The notes under the pieces were generated by a model. It saw only the letters and a list, made by a program, of their open reading frames with translations, was not told the origin of the DNA and ran no database searches. A stretch of 64,000 nucleotides of DNA from Bugula neritina. Its lineage: Eukaryota; Animalia; Bryozoa. Shown here one piece after another: positions 1-41,289 of the stretch. The stretch lies in NCBI GenBank assembly GCA_964035545.1, contig OZ037766.1, positions 25,408,339-25,472,338 of the forward strand, given 5' to 3'. Position numbers and translations under genes: made by a program. Within the stretch, counting starts at the first letter, position 1. The number at the start of each line of letters is the position of its first letter.

Positions 1-708
1 CTATAGTCCTATAATAGTCTTATTCGTACATTACATAAATATATGATAGCTTGGCATATAATAAGGTTTGCATTGTGAAGATAAACCCACTATTCCATAC
101 CACATGTTATCTGAGCACTGCGTGTTGTACTGTATGTGGAATATATTATATGTATGTTTATAACTCAACATGATGTAAAGTTTGGATTAGCCGGCGTTTG
201 TAGTTATACAGCAAGAAGAGTGCTCCATATTTATATTATTATAATCATCAAATTACAATATTACATATATGTTAAGTGGGTAAAATCATGACTATTATCC
301 TGCTTAATTATCCTCTACGTGCTTATTATAAGTATGTATAAATACATGCTATTACTTGCACTAGGCACTACAATAATTTGATGCATTTCTATAGACTGCA
401 CCATTTTTCAAAAGTTGCTTGGCTTCATTAAATGTAATTTAGATTATTGACAAGGTTGTATGTAAAAACTGATAGAAACTATGCTCTGTTCAAATTTCCA
501 GTCTTAGTAGGCATAAGCGGCTTAATAGTTTATCATAATATACATATATATTAACTATAATATAGTATAGTTGATATATAATGATAATATATCACCTATA
601 CTATATATTATTGCTATATATTAGCTGCAACATATTATAATATATAACATTTAATATATATGATGATAGTATAGTAGCTATCATAAGATATTATTTTAAA
701 GATAAACT

Positions 709-808
<100 letters not shown>

Positions 809-901
809 AGTTATATATTATCACAGCTCCAGTTGGCATACAGTATGAAGGAGAGAAGACTATCTAATACTAATGAATAGTTAAGAAGTGAGCATATATA
901 C

Positions 902-3711
902 CAATGGTGGTATAGACAGTTCCGGCAAAGAACAGGCTGTTCCAGATGTCCCATATTGGTCCCCCAGTTCTGGTAAGATTCTGGAAGTGTTGAGATGCGT
1001 TTCCTATGTCGATGCCGTGACTTATAGCTTCTGATATGTTCTGATCATACAGAGTCAGCATCTCATTCACCTTGTCGATCCACAATTCTTTGTTGTCTGT
1101 TTGATTCAAATTCCTAGCATAGAAGAAAAATTGTAAATAAATAAAGATCTGAAAGACAGTGATATTTAATTTCTAAAGAAATGGGTGCTTTTTTATTACT
1201 ATATAAATTGAAAATTCAAGATTTTGTTTTCATGAACTTCTTTTGACAAAATTATTAAAAAACTACATGACTTTTGATTTTTATTATTAAATTTAAATAA
1301 AACATTAACTCAAAAATGCATAAATTTGACATCATTGCACTACATGTTTCATAATATTGTAATCTTGTTATACAAAACTAGTCAGCATTTAATTTTGTTG
1401 ATATCAAGCTATGTATATATTAATGTAGAAAATTGTCTTAAAAACTATATTAAAGGTGCTTGACACTCTTTATGTACTGTGGGGCATAAGACCATTATCT
1501 AAGTTCTTAGTTTTAAAGCATAAACATTTATAGAAAATATAGCAAACAGTTTTCCATCAGCTAAGACTAAAGTAAAACTATTTTTCCCCATTAAATAAAT
1601 ATAAAGCAGCATCTAACTAATCATTGGCAGTGGCAAGTTTTCACACACACTTCTGTTCCCCAACAACATTTCAAATTTTACCCTTTGTGGTTAGAATAGA
1701 AGATTTTATTTCTTTTTCAATTCTAAACTAACAAAATGATTGCATTCAATATCAAAACAAGCTTTGCTATATCTTCTTTTTAACAACAGTTATTGCAGCT
1801 AAGTTAAGGTTGATAAGAATTTATACTTTTAGTTGACTATAGCTAGGCTACGCTCATCCAGTAGTTTGAGCCACTGATCTTTATATGCTGTCGGAGCAAA
1901 GAATATATAAGGGTGAACTGACAGGACAATGGTGCTAGGCTAGGGAGGAGGCTAATAGCAAAACCTGTCAGTCAGATAAACTTATATGAGTTATACTCAA
2001 TGACATCAACTGATGTCTATTTCAGCTAATTCTTAATTCTGCCAGCAATTCACACCCAGGAAATGAAAATACTATTTAGGGCAGCAGTGATGGAAATTTA
2101 GTAGTCCACAGGACTTATGTTTTGAGAACTTTTTATCATGCCTAATCTCTAAAACTATATTATTCGCTCCAGGCATAGAGGGTGAGATCTACACATGTGT
2201 ACATCTTATTAGAATACACCTACAGTTGCATGAAGTCAGCGTTTAAACTAAATCAGATGACTAGGAAGTGTTTCTTTCTCATAATGTCAAAATTTGCACA
2301 GCTAGCTGTTGTGAAAGTGAAAGTAGTCAACATCTAACAATGCTATATAATGATATATTTCACCACAATAATTTATTATCACATCATCTAAGCTCATGAC
2401 TAAAAGCAGTAAACTAAACTATAAACAGTTTGAAAATTAAAGTTTTTGATGTTTAAAAGGAAGCGATTGCATATATATGCAGGTAAAAATTAATTGCAAA
2501 AGCAATTCAAGAGCTTAATGTTATGCATGGAACAAATTGTTTTTCTAAAAAGTTTGCACATGTTTCAAACCCAATTGGAGAGTTTCTCAATACCGCCCTT
2601 AGCAACTATTGACTGGAATTTCTATGATGGCATAACATAAGATCATGATTACTATTGAATCAGCCAATTAAATAAATAGTTAATGAATAATTCAAGTAGT
2701 GGGCTGGCCTTTGTGTACCTAGGATACTCACCAAATGCTCTCTAACAGGTGGGCCTTTGCTTTCACAATATTGATTTCTATCTCTTCTGCACTATTCTCT
2801 TCTAGAGCCTGAATTTTCAGAAAATTTAATTTTCAGACAGCAGTATTTTTGGTTACATTAGCTGTTGTATGTACAAAGTAGTATTTGATATTATGTACAG
2901 GCTAAACCCTTAAATCAATGTAAGATTCCAAAGCATAAGCTCAGAATTATGCACTCCAGGGTTTGTAACGAGCTCGGAGTTTGGGGGTGACTGAGTGCCA
3001 CAGTTTGGGATTCTCAAGCTTGGGGTTGGGGGTCCCAAATTTAAACTTAAACCCCAAATCCAAACTCGAGAATCTCAAACTATTGTACTCAGTCACCCTT
3101 AACTCAGAGCTGCTCATAGAGCCATTCTTTTAAGGTAGAAGTTAAAGCTGGTAGTATAAAGTATAGAATGTGGAGCTGGGGCTCTCAATTAATTTTTTTA
3201 CCCTCTCACCCCTCTGCCTTCAGGGATACTTGAAAGAAACTAAAGGGTACTTTGCTATCATACAATATTTGGAAAGCTGTATATAATCAATGATGATTAT
3301 ATGTTTATTATACTGTGTACCCTATTGTTAAAATATAGGACATATATAAACAGTAGTAGGCGCTTTAGGTTTCAGCAGCATTTACAAAGGTGCACAGGCT
3401 AAAAAGAGGAGCCACTGCTATGTCAGCCTCTCTACTCAAGACTGCCATACAGTTACATTGAGTATAACTTGTCAATGTTGGAGTGGATCTCAATTAATGG
3501 TATTGTATTGTAGTTAAATACTACTTTAAAACCTTCTCCAATAAAAACATACCTTAAAGATGGCAGCACCAATGAAGGAGTAGGCAATCAGCAGTAAGAT
3601 TAAAGTGACATGTATGATCACTGCCTTTATCCAATGTACCTTAACTTGTCCATTTTCAGTAGTCTCTGTAGCTTCTCCGTCCCCTTGAACATTTTCTGTA
3701 AAATGCCGCAT
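902..3711 (-). CDS. Two-pore domain (K2P/TWiK-family) potassium channel, 5' part; continues past left edge
   Basis: Phase-consistent exons 3711-3553, 2808-2732 and 1113-902 give M1 (LLLIAYSFIGAAIFK-ALE), a cap region, and pore helix/filter WDIWNSLFFAGTVYTTIG|, with the intron inside the GYG signature. No next exon was found in 1-900. Confidence 0.9.
2971..3111. repeat. Imperfect ~60-bp-arm inverted repeat (fold-back MITE-like) in K2P intron
   Basis: agctcggagtt..gggtgactgagtgccacagtttgggattctc... pairs with ...gagaatctcaaactattgtactcagtcaccctt aactcagagct. Confidence 0.7.
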
Positions 3712-6268
3712 GTTTGAACTCTACGGTGGAAATGTCGGCTATTTCTGTGATGTATAAAGTCATCAGTGCTATAATGAGTCAGAGCCTATAGGCTGACCTG
3801 CATTCCTAAGATGTTAACTTACCAACTTATGTGCTAATAATCATCTGATTGGTGCTGGTCGTATATAATTATATACCTTAGTTATGTAACTATAGCCAAT
3901 GAGTCAAATGATATCACTAATATCTTCTTTTAGTCTAGGTTCTGCAAGCTATTATGCAACATGACTACCTGGTTAAAAATAGGTCAGCACGCCAGGCATA
4001 CACAGAACTTAATCAGAAAAACTAAGAAAGTTTTACTTTAAGTGAAAGTTCCTCAATTTCTTGACAATTTATTGTAGAAATACTTTTTGACTATAAGATT
4101 TTAGCACTGTTCACAAAATAAGGATTAGACTTTAGCACCATAAAGCTGAAAAAAAGTTATAACAAGATTTGGCAAAATATAGGAGTTGCAACGCACAAGA
4201 CTCTGCCAAATAGTATAAAGCTCATAGTCGAACTCAATTAAAGTTGCAAATTCAACATACCACTTTCAAATGCTGCTATTAACTTAGTAGTTATGCCCAT
4301 AGTTCAGCCTGTCTAACCTGCGCCAGTGTGTATTTGTATGCAAAATGTAGGCTGCGCACTGCGTGTATGCATGTTAAATACTGCCTCATTGTAACAGTGT
4401 TTGATCAACGTATATAGGTTGATATTCATGCATTTCGTTGCAGTTTTGTAAAGAAGGTGGGAACAAAGATAGATGTTTATAACCTCACCCCTAAGGCTAT
4501 TTGCTTAAAAACTGGTTTACTTCATTATAAATTTTACTAGCTGTCAATTCTGATTGCACTTTTGACCTTTGGCAGTAATGTTAGCAGTACTCTAGTTAGA
4601 TAATAATAATCTGGAAGAGCATGACTGCATAAATAATAAACCCTAAACAATAACGCTGTTATACATATGTAAATTATTGCTGTAATCTATATAAAGGTAG
4701 TAAAATAAAGTCACTCACTTGTTTTCTCAAGCATTATAACTTTTGCGAAGATAAATTGCTGTTATGCTCTAGATTAGAGTCTACATTAGTGTATCTACTT
4801 TATAAAAATGTTGAATTTGAGATTAATTGTTGTTATACAAAACCAACTTCTACTATTACTTTAATAGGTTTTATAAAACTACATCAAACCAGTAGTTCAA
4901 ATTCAAAGTATAAAATTATTCAAAGAAATCATTGGTCTGCAGCCAATTGAAAAGCAAATTATATACATGCAGTCTTTGAATAGCAGAGATATTTTGCAAC
5001 CTATGTTTAATACTGTCATTGAGTTCAAGTAACAATTCCACTTGATTAGGGGAGAACTTCTGCTCTAGTTGTCTAATATTTATTATTGATGATAGTTATT
5101 GATATGCTCAGCAATTATAGCCAATCAATCAGGAGCCGGGATGTGCCAGATTGACAGCAGTCACTGTTTATTATGTACAGCGTATATTAAAGCAAGACTA
5201 GTGTCATAACAAGTGCTGATGTATATTTCATATATTAGGATGTCATTGTAGAATGAAGCTTAGGGCGCTTTCGAAAGCGCCCTTACTTTAACAGACTTTT
5301 CAACTACTATGATTTTTCCTCCATTCACACAAAGTGCTAATAGTTATGTGAGGTGAGTGCAGTAATGGAGAAATTGAGAAAAGCCTGTGTTCTAGATTAG
5401 AAATGTAACAAAAGAAGTTATGTTCTCACATGAATTTCAGCCCTCACCCCAAACCAAGATTTAATAGAAAAATAAAGAACTTAGGCTATCTTAATTTCTC
5501 CACCACTGTTCCTTTAAATGAGTTATGTTATGTGGGTGGAACAAAGTACATTTGCAGATAATGAAGTAACAACTATTTCAGTTATTTTGTGAAAGTTGAT
5601 TATGATATTTATGTTTCATAGAGAGTAGTGCTTTCAGCTTCCAATGACCCAGTTATTCACTCAGACTAATTACAATATTATAATATTTATAGCAATATTA
5701 CTATATTATTACTAATGCAAACATTCTATTGCTAATGGCTATTATATATAAAAAGTATTTTCATTCAGCTAACAGACCAAAAGAAAAGTGCCACAACTTC
5801 CTTTTATGTATATCAAGAAGGGATCGAAGCTTTTTAGACAACTTGTAAAACATGAAACAGTTTTAACCGTTAAAAACTGCGTTGCAATCAATCTAGAAAA
5901 ACGGAGAATGTTCAGACTATATAAGTACATAAGTAAAAACCTAGCCATAGCACTAAGTGAATTGTTAAAAATGCAATGAGTTTCACACCTTTTATCTGAT
6001 AACTAGCTTTCTATATACCGAAAAATAAAAAAACTAGTGCCACATTCAATGCAAGTAAATATACACAAATTAATAAAATTGTAGTATATGTTTTGATCCT
6101 CAATTATCATATTTGCATTACTTATGCTACACTACTATAACACCATGTTTCAATAATATATATTACTAGATATCACATCATTCATTAGATTTTGTGGTGG
6201 GGCAACATGCTGTCTTTACATAATCTATTTATTTATAAAACTTAATAGAATTTTACACAAAATCTCAC

Positions 6269-6437
6269 CTGATGAATTAATTCTAGAATTTCTAAACTTC
6301 AACATTCTGTTCAGAATTATTGCAGCTATACCAGCATCAACTCCGGTGCTTTGTGAGTTATTATAATTTCTTTTTGGAACCTTCTTACCATCTCCTCCGT
6401 TTTGATTGAACTGCGATCCAGTAGATCTTTCTTCCAT
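6269..6437 (-). other. Candidate upstream exon of the K2P gene (alternative first coding exon or long uORF exon)
   Basis: ATG-started open frame MEERSTG...INSS ending at a strong CAG|GTGAG donor (phase 1). It does not join the K2P frame at either nearby acceptor (3744, 3720). Confidence 0.35.
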
Positions 6438-8378
6438 GATGATTAGTCAAAACTTAGTTGTCAGTCAGCTGTCTGCTCTGCCCAATTATTATGTAACTAG
6501 AATGTCAAAAAACAGATGTAGCATCTCTCATTTTGAATCCTACCTTGATTATAAATGACAGAATGTCAAAATCAATTAAAAACTTGCTATTTGTTCATAC
6601 TTATTATAATCTATTCAAGTAGGATTATTAGTGCTTCTAAGAACAACTTTTTAATCATTGAATTTGCTAGATTTCAATTTGGAATTGACGTACGAATTAC
6701 AATCACAACCATGTATTGCTAGCAGCTTTGGTTAACCTTAAGAAAGGGGGGATAATTCTTTCCACAGTGGCATCTCGAGATAGCTAACTATATATTATAT
6801 TTTTAATGATTTCACAAGTTTTGAGATGTGTTTCAAGTGCAAAAAGTCTAGATTACACAATTGATAAGTTTCAGCTAGTGAAAAGTTTTAAATCCAAACA
6901 AAAAATTTCTTTTTGAAATAGATAATAGTCTATTTTTACAAACACTGCATAAATACAATTATTTATGAAGGCATTAGTGTTACACAATGCAAATGATTCA
7001 AAATTAGGCAACATTTTTTAAGTACATTACATTTGATAAATCAACTTGAAAACAAATTGAATCAGTATTTTACTAAACAGATGCAACTGATTGTTCAGCA
7101 AAGAAGAATCAAAATAATGTATACTCGGTGGCAAGACATAACGCGGCACTGTTGTTATCAATATAACACCAGAATTTGCCTACCTTTACCAGAACCGCAT
7201 AAATGACTATCCTTTCTGTGATGCGCTAGCAATTATGGTTGCTTTTAGGTAACCATTTCATTCATCTGTCACTATAGCTCATTTCAATATACAGTTTGAG
7301 ATATAATTGTTAGCAACTGTCACTATGGTACTACAAGCACACCTTCTACTCTACTCTATAATATTACTCTATAGCCCCTACTATTGCTGCATATCGTACC
7401 TGTATAAAATTCTACAGCCTGCAGCCACACTGAGTGAACCTATTTAATATGTGCTAATATATTTTGGTGACTAATGAAGCTAGAATTTGCTACTAATTTA
7501 GTCAGAGCAGCTACACTTGTTAGCTGTACACATGGAGCTGTGTTCAATTATTTCGACTTAAGTACTTGATTTGCACTGCCAGTATATCAAATAAACAGTC
7601 TCAAGAGATATGCAGCTGATGAAAAATTAATCAGAGTTTCTATAGCTGAAAGACATTCAGTTTATATCTTTGCAAAACATTTACACGTATACAATTTAGA
7701 TACCTGTACAACCAAGGCAGGTTGAGAGCCCAAACACAATAGCTATAATGCACTGTCACATTGCTCAATAGTGATCCTAAAGGTATATGATCATCTGTTT
7801 GTAACTTTACATGCATAGATATACACTTTTAAAATATATAATGGATGCATGTCTACTTAGCTTTTAAAATCAATAAAATGTGAAGCGTGTCTAACACTTA
7901 TATCATGTATATATTGAAAATTATTGATATAAATTAGCGGAAAGATTTAATCAATGATGACGATCTTTAGGTATAAGTACACATGCTGGCTGAAAAGTAG
8001 GTTTGTAGTTACTGAAAAATGTATAAGCATGCAATTTTTTTTACAACTATTAGTCACATCATGTTCACTGTAAGCAAAGAACCTTAAATTATATTATAAT
8101 TGTTAGATTTTATCAATTAAATTAGCTAAACATGAAATTACAGCCTGGTGAAAAATGTGCTCCGTGAAATGATAACATAGCAGCTCGTACAGAAACTCAA
8201 GTACATCATAATAATATTATGCGTATGTCAGTCACAATACAATTTCGCAAAGAAGGTAACTCCAAATGCATCTTAATAGTGTATAAAATTTCCTAAAGTG
8301 TGAAAATCACGCGCGTTTACAAACTAAACTCCACGTTTATGAATGTGGCTGGTTTACGTGCAGTGTGCAGTCGCCGCA

Positions 8379-11300
8379 ATGTTAAAAATGGAAACCGAAA
8401 AACGAAATCAAAGTGAAACGCCAACAATATCTTTTGGATTTAAAGCTAAATCGGATTCAAAGAAGTTGCAAACAAAATCTGTTATTGATGAAAGTAAGTC
8501 AGAAGTGCTAGAAACAGATTTTGTGAAAGGTTTTGATGGAGAAGGGATTCAAAGTGTTATCGAAAAGCCGAAACCTAGCGGTCCATTAGTAATTCCTCTT
8601 ATTCGAGCCAACAATTGGAGAAGAAAAGAGACTCAAAGCGTAGAAACCAGCTCTACTTCTACTGGTGAACCTGAAAAAGAAGACCTTTCAAAAGCTGCTG
8701 CTAAAGAATTAATAGATGAAGCTAAAAAATTTGACGATGATCACGATAGCGATCAGATCACACAGAACTCAGCAAAGGCAATTCCTTTACTCCTGCAAAA
8801 TCAGGTTAGCTGCCTACCTTATTTAGTCAAATTTACATAGATAGGCACTAAAATCAATTCAAAAGGTAACAAGTTATTATTTTTAATTTCCTGTTGGCAA
8901 GTGCTAGGAGATATTGAGTCAATGATGGGAATAAAACTTTTGGTCTCAATCGCACTTATTTTTTACTCATACAAGTTTTACATTATGATTATGTTATTGA
9001 TTATTCACGTTCAAATAAAAATAATAACTATAAAATTACTTAATGAATTATAATTATGACTGTGATGTACATGCACTCTGAGTATCCTATTTTTAAAGTC
9101 TCATTGTATCTTCAAAGTGCTGTTTGACATATTTTTTTAGTCAATTAGAGCTCATAGCTAGTTTTAGGTTTTGTATTCATTAAGCAGTTTCTCACTTCAC
9201 CAAATTTATGCTTTTTAATAGAATTTTAGCAAATAATTTTTTTATGTACTGGCATGAGGTGAATTGCTTTTAGATATATTTCCGAGTACCACCAATGACC
9301 CTGATGAAAAGTGTACTACAAGTACATAGTTAGGATTAAAGGAAATCTACTGTTTCATTTATTAATTGGAAAAATCTCTTCTGAAATTATACAACTTTGA
9401 GTAACCTTTGAACATTGTAATCACTGTACAGGTGCCAGCTGGGTTTGAGACTGATGATAAAATAGACACAGAGTTAAGACCTGAAGAGTCGTCATTGGAA
9501 GACTACGAGCAAGTGCCTATAGAGCAGTTTGGTTTGGCTCTCTTACGGGGAATGGGCTGGAAGGAAGGCGAAGGTGAATTGTCATTTTGAGAAATAAATG
9601 TTTTAATAACTGCTTTAATAATTTAAATAAGTAAGTGATTTCTTGGAAAGGGAATCGTGCATGCTTCTCATCTCTGTCAGTTCAGCCAGAAAATAAATTT
9701 ATGCATTTCATTTTGTTGTCAGAAGGCAAGCTTACATGCTACGCTATATTTTCAAGTCTTACGTTGCTTGCAATTTTAGTAAAAGTTTTACATGTAAGCT
9801 GGTTAAGAACCTGCACCAAAACCGTATATTGTCATATGCTGCAACTCTGCTACTATAAACTAGGAGTTGGAAAAAATAAGCAGTATGTGAAGCCAATAGA
9901 GGCTAACCTGAGGCCCAAAGGAATGGGCCTGGGAGCTGACAAGAGTAAACTACTCCAACAAAGTGAGAACAAAAGGAAGCACAAACTAAAACCTGGCGAA
10001 AAAAGGGAGGAGGACGAATCTCTGGAAATTAAAAAAGGTAAGTTTTTGGTTGTAGTATTTACAGCTAGTATAGGTAAAGTAATTGAGAAGAGAATTATGA
10101 AGTATTATGTATGTACAAGTGAATAAATATTTGTTATGTAACATGTAGGACATCCTCAATGCTCTATTTGATTGCATATATATAATATATATAACTATAA
10201 TAATGTGATAATAATATTAAATAAAAATAATGTAATAATATATATAATAATGTACTATTATATTATAACATATAAATTTATATCGCTATAATATATGAAT
10301 ATATTATATATTATTATATTATAATATACAACGATTATATTATTACATTATATATAGTGTTATAATTGATATCTATAAATTGTATCAAGTGGAAACTTTA
10401 GCAACTGCTCGAAATAAAATATAAAGTATAATAAACACACAGGAGTTAGTAGATATACCCAAGGCATTCATTATTGGTTTTTATGTCCAACCACATAGCA
10501 CCTGTATAGCCTATCATATTATGCTGAGAACTGTAACTGCCCGTGATAAATGCAGGAGCTCTATGCGTCATACTGAAAGGTGCCCACACTGATCTCTACG
10601 GTACTATAGAAGGAGTAGATGATGACAATGCCAGGTGTGTCGTGAAATTGGCCATTAGCCAGGCCTCTGTGGACCTGAGCCAGTTTAGCCTGAGGGTTAT
10701 TAGCAAGCAGGAGTTTGACAAATACGCCCGATATCTCAATAAAGGTTTGTGTTTATTTATAGGCTAATATATCGTGGGTTATTTGAGAATATTCTTGTAA
10801 TTTATGTAGCTTACAGTGTCTTGTTATTCCGTAGTATATCAGTTGACGGTCATTCTTTGTATATGTTGACTCAGCATTAGGCAAACTGCAAGGCTTTTCT
10901 CTTATATTTTGGGAAAAATTTCAAATTGTTTTATTTTCTTATTAAATTCCCGCAACTAAATTTTACATAGGACGATTTCAGTTAGAGTTTGAACATGTGT
11001 GATAAAGCTATAGGAAATCATTTGTATTGCGAAACCTTCCTACAATATGTTTAGCTTATCTTGTGTGTCTATTGAAAGACTTAAACCAGAGGTGTAACTT
11101 CTGGCACTAAAGTCACTAAAATAATTCTATACCTTCTAAGACTTCAAATTATTTTATTATTATAGTTTTTATCATTTGGTATTCTATTATTCAATCGAAT
11201 ATTACAAGCTTTTATAGTGTGAGACTACTGAAATGTTGTTTTGATAAGCTTTGAATTTTTATCTTTTTTAGTAACAGTACACACATACATCTGTATTTTC

Positions 11301-12567
11301 TATGTGACAGCCAAAATGGTTAGTTCAACATTCAACTTAGATGTTCATATTCTAGTTTGAAATTCTTTCTGTAGGTAAATCTGACCGTTATAAGGAAAAA
11401 GAAGTGAATGGCACCCATTCTCCAGTTGAGAAAAAGCGGAAGAAAGATTATGATACTGACAGTAAAAATAAAGATGGTAGTAAACACTCTAAAACTAAAA
11501 GCAAGCATTATGATCAACCCAAGCTAAATAAAAACTGGGTGTATCCCCTACTGAAGGTCAAGGTTATAGACAGGAAGTATAAAGATGGCCGTTACTATGC
11601 CAACAAAGTCATCGTATATGAAATATTGCCTGGTTCTATAGTTTGTCAAACTGAATCTGGAAGATTACTTGAAAGTGAGTTATTAGTGAGCGAGTTTGCC
11701 ATGTGAGTTAGCTGTGTAGTCAAGTTTTGGTCAACTGTAATGGTTGTATCATCACAGTGATGTTGCAGTTGAAACTAGGCTGTTCTTCAGGATGCAATTT
11801 CACGGAGTTCACATTGTTGATTTGATAGCGAGTTATTTATCCACCAATACGTGTATGCTTGTAGGTGTGACGTAGCAAGTTGCTAGATTTATAAACATAT
11901 TTTTTAGCAGATATGTAGTAGATAACATATTTACTATACAAGTTTACACAAAGGCTCAGAAAATTAGCCAAGACACGTAAATATTTTACTAGCTGCAACT
12001 GCATGACTATAAACAGGCATTTTATTTTTATGACCTAATTGTAAAATAATTGCCCCCACTGGGAATCAAACCCGAGTTTTCTGGCTTGCAAGCAAGTGTG
12101 CTACCATTACACCACGGAGGCCACTGGGTAAACTCAACACTACACTAGTGACCTTTTTTCATTTTATTTCTAATTCAACTCAAACATTATGGATAAAGTA
12201 CAAGTTCAATGCGTGAGCTTGAAAAGCTAATAGGCTTGCCTCTGCACATGTTTTGTATGCTTGTAATAATGTAGGTGAAAAAATGTCACCATATGCTTGC
12301 TTTTCTGTCAATTATATTATAAGTGTGTTCTCTTTTGCAGATCTTCAAGAAAATCAACTAGAATCAGTTATACCAAGGGAAGATAAATCTCATGTGATGA
12401 TAGTTGCTGGGGAATACAAGAAGGAAATAGCCGAATTGATACAAAAGAACAAAGAAAGGGAAAAAGTAACTGTTCAACTTCTGTCAGACAGAAGTGTACT
12501 TCTGACTTTATCTTACGACGATGTCTGTGAATATACAGGAAATGTTGACCAGTTAATGGAGTACTAG
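8379..12567 (+). CDS. GPKOW: G-patch and KOW motif protein (Spp2/MOS2 family splicing factor)
   Basis: Exons 8379-8804, 9432-9573, 9864-10037, 10556-10744, 11375-11674 and 12341-12567, all GT-AG and in phase. Motifs: ISFGF, PLVIPLI..NNWR, Spp2 G-patch [28 protein letters not shown]...[13 protein letters not shown] ([15 protein letters not shown]), KIN17-like C-terminus LESVIP...VMIVAGEYK...LSYDDVCEY. Start could be 8343, 8379 or 8388. Confidence 0.95.
12051..12121 (-). pseudogene. tRNA pseudogene / tRNA-derived SINE head in GPKOW last intron
   Basis: Minus strand GCCTCCG TGGTGTAATGGTAGCAC A CTTGC TTGCAA GCCAG AAAAC TCGGG TTTGATT CCCAG TGGGGGC A. 7-bp acceptor stem and A/B boxes are present, but the anticodon loop is 6 nt, the anticodon and T stems are mismatched, and the T-loop is TTT rather than TTC. 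Confidence 0.65.
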
Positions 12568-13624
12568 TCTTAAGTAAAGGAAATGGAGCCGATATTCTGA
12601 TAATTTACTCTACTGAGCAGTTTCCAAGTCTTTCAATTTAACTGCATGTTTTAATCAGTTCGTGAGATGTTGCTTACACTGGCAGTATTAATCATCAAAA
12701 TATATGAAAGACTGTCTACTTATTTTTAAGAAAAGTTTAGTCAAATTTTAGTGGAGGTAATCTTTTGGCATCAGCTTTATAGTTTACTGTATAAATATTT
12801 ATTAACTTGTATCAAAAAATTTCTCATACTATAAATCTGAAGCTAAATCATTGATCATTCACTTGGGCATCAAATGCTCTTTTTTAATGCAACTTGAACT
12901 CGTACATTCTACTTTTGGATTACAATGTAATATTTGTGGGGTTTTTTTGTAAACAACATTACATAATTGTTGTTCATTTCATACTTGTATATATTTTAAA
13001 AATAATTTTAATAATGTAGATACATTTCTTAACACATAATTTTCTTAATCGAAAATTTACAATTTATATAATAAAGAAGGTAAATGCGGTTGGACAAATT
13101 CGAAAATGGATTTCTATTAAAAACACAGCATTTCAACTTTTGCATAATATCCAGATGTAATCAGAAATCAAGGTTGTGAGTTGAACCTTTTATTACTCAT
13201 ACTATGTATCAAAATTTTCTCGCAAGAGTATAATACTGTAAAAATAATACACCTTATCACAGATCAATAAACTCGCAGGCTACAAAAATGCAAACCAATA
13301 AAAATTCTATGAATATAATTGGACGGCAGAACAAGACATGAAATCATGTAATTATATAGTATATAATAAAAACACAATAAATAATCAATTGTAATGCATT
13401 AATATAATTTGCAAATGAACAGATTTTAAAAAAATAGATAAATAAATATGAAATTAGTATTGTGATTCAGCTAGACGTTCACTCTATTCTTGTTAGTTGA
13501 TGTGATCATAATCGTATTACAATGAAATGCAGCACAAAACTAAGCTAAGCTGTGATTAAAAAGATGTAGAAAAACACATATTTTCATTCATCATTATACT
13601 TGAGTGAAAATATATTTAATCAAA

Positions 13625-40559
<26,935 letters not shown>

Positions 40560-41289
40560 CTCTGTGAAATTTTGTATCATTATCATAAAGTTTATTAATA
40601 TGAAACATAAATCATTATTATTGCATTTCATATATTCAACGTAATATAAATATTGCACATGGAAAATAGCAGAAACTGGGAAGAAAATGAACTTGAAGTA
40701 AATACTAAAATAGTTATAATATTAAACATACTGATACTTAATATTATAGTTGGAATAATAATAATAAAAATTACTTACTACATAAATATTTACAATTACG
40801 GTCACCCAAGTCTTAAATTGAATTTAATTCTCGAGATTCAGATTATTATTGATATTATAATTGTTATAATGATAATGATTATCATTATCATAGTGATAGC
40901 GATAATCATAAAATTTACGATTAGTGTCATGATCATGATGAAGACTATCATAGGCTACTGAGCACTGACTAATGTCAAAAAGTAAATATAATGAGTGATT
41001 GCCTGTGACTATGATGATGATATTCATATTGATACCATTATGATTATCATTATAATTATTCATTATCATTATGATTATGATAATGATAAAGTGATTATCA
41101 TTATGATTATGCTTTAGATTATCAAACAGTTTCTTAGGCTTTTTAATATTGTGTTTCAAACAAAATGTATCGCAAACATGATTATTGCAGAAGGAATGAA
41201 AAAGCTCAGCTCCCACCCTCCACTCTGCAGATGAACATTGTAATTCAGAGTCAGATTGTGTTCATTAATTTCGCAGTGACCAAATTTGG

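Noticed and set aside
12051-12121. Functional tRNA-Ala/Cys gene
   Set aside because: 6-nt anticodon loop, stem mismatches and a non-canonical T-loop; kept only as a pseudogene/SINE head.
40653-41216. Ile/Met-rich and His/Asn-rich ORFs on both strands
   Set aside because: By-products of the ATN-periodic intronic tract; no splice or domain support.
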